From Balanoglossus misakiensis (Eukaryota > Animalia > Hemichordata), in contig CM082583.2 in the NCBI GenBank assembly GCA_040954595.2, forward strand, positions 6,508,849 through 6,572,848: 64,000 nt of DNA. The letters are read 5' to 3'. Below are positions 62,858 to 64,000 of the stretch, in pieces (the first letter of the stretch is position 1; the number at the start of each line of letters is the position of its first letter). The translations under genes and the position numbers were made by a program. The notes below the pieces were generated by a model. That model had not been told where the DNA came from. It searched no databases and worked only from the letters and a program-made list of their open reading frames with translations.

Positions 62858-64000
62858 CTGAAATGAAAGCAGTCGATATTTTAAAATTCATTCTCACGAG
62901 ACTCGTATTTGTTCCTATACTTCTGACAAAGGAAGTCTATGATAGTGACAGACAGCCTCCATCCATTATCAGTTCATTACAGCAATCCCGAATGCACCAA
63001 TGAATTACCTTTCAAGTATCTCTCGTATCTTAGAGTCTCATATGATATTATCCATTTTCGAGACTTTTATTTATCTGTGTATCACAACCAATTTATATTT
63101 AAAGCTAAATGTCACCACCTGTAAAATTCTTATCAATTCTTCCACTAGAAATCCTCAAAAATCTACTGTCTAGTGAATTCCTATTGAAAGTCGCATTTCT
63201 CGCAAACTTCCCACTCAAATGAAGTCGTGCAAATATTGTGTAATTTCCTCACTGACAGTTAATGATACACTTATGGCATTTGTAAAATTCATCTTCTACT
63301 CTTTGTATTTCAACTTTTAAGGATTGATTTCAGCCAAGAATCTCATCATTAGAGGGGAAAAAATCCTAGAAGGTTAGCATTAACATAAAATATACTTATT
63401 CATACACGTGTTTACAATGCTTCATACGTAAAGCGTAAAATGTTTCATCAAGCTCAAACATGCTGTATTTTACTTGAGCTCTTTGCACAGCAGTTGAATT
63501 CCGATGTGTATTTTACATTCATGGCCCAAAAAGTTTAAACATTATTTCAAAGAGGTACAATTTTCACTCAACATCATAATTAATCCTCCATCATCACACA
63601 CATATACGGTGACATTACTGTTCTGACAAAGCAACCATTCACATGTAGTGTGTTAAAGTTATACACACATTCTCCATTACAGCAGCAAAAATCTTCAGGC
63701 ACAGTATGTTTTTTTCCAGTATTATTTGTCAGAATTTTTTTCAGATACACCCTGTGTCAGCAAAGCCGAACACTAGTATTTCAACCTACTTTTAAGCAGA
63801 ATAAACAACAGTAGCTGATCCATGGGATAAAAATAGATACAATCAAAACATTCTTGCTACTCTCTAACGATTTATCCCTAGTTTGGAGCCAATTTGGCAT
63901 AACAGTTACAGCCAATCATTTTCCAAAGCAGCAATGGATGGCGGTAAGGAACACCTCTTCAGGCAAAATGTTGAAGAATTCCCAGGTACTCAAGACCCAT

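Overview
Eukaryotic (animal) genomic DNA with GT-AG introns, microsatellites and MITEs. It is probably an invertebrate deuterostome such as an acorn worm or echinoderm; this is an inference from gene content. I reconstructed four spliced genes by hand, all with consistent splice phases: (1) a 3-exon corazonin/GnRH-family GPCR on + (1275-21727, 386 aa); (2) a 4-exon Rv2258c-like class I SAM methyltransferase on - (42615-40264, 376 aa) with a TATA/Inr promoter; (3) an 11-exon HACD3/PTPLAD1 on - (52364-48771, 373 aa); (4) the 3' part of a DAPK1-type Roco kinase on - (ankyrin-ROC-COR-death domain; the kinase exons lie beyond the window). The most striking structure is a ~14.5-kb array of ~160 copies of an 88-bp, hairpin-rich, A-tract-phased monomer between the convergent GPCR and methyltransferase genes. 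Its two ends are mutually inverted and share private variants, which suggests an asymmetric foldback-like element whose one arm has expanded into a satellite. The array also shows internal higher-order duplications. There is no CRISPR, rRNA or tRNA here. No database searches were possible, so family assignments rest on recalled motifs.
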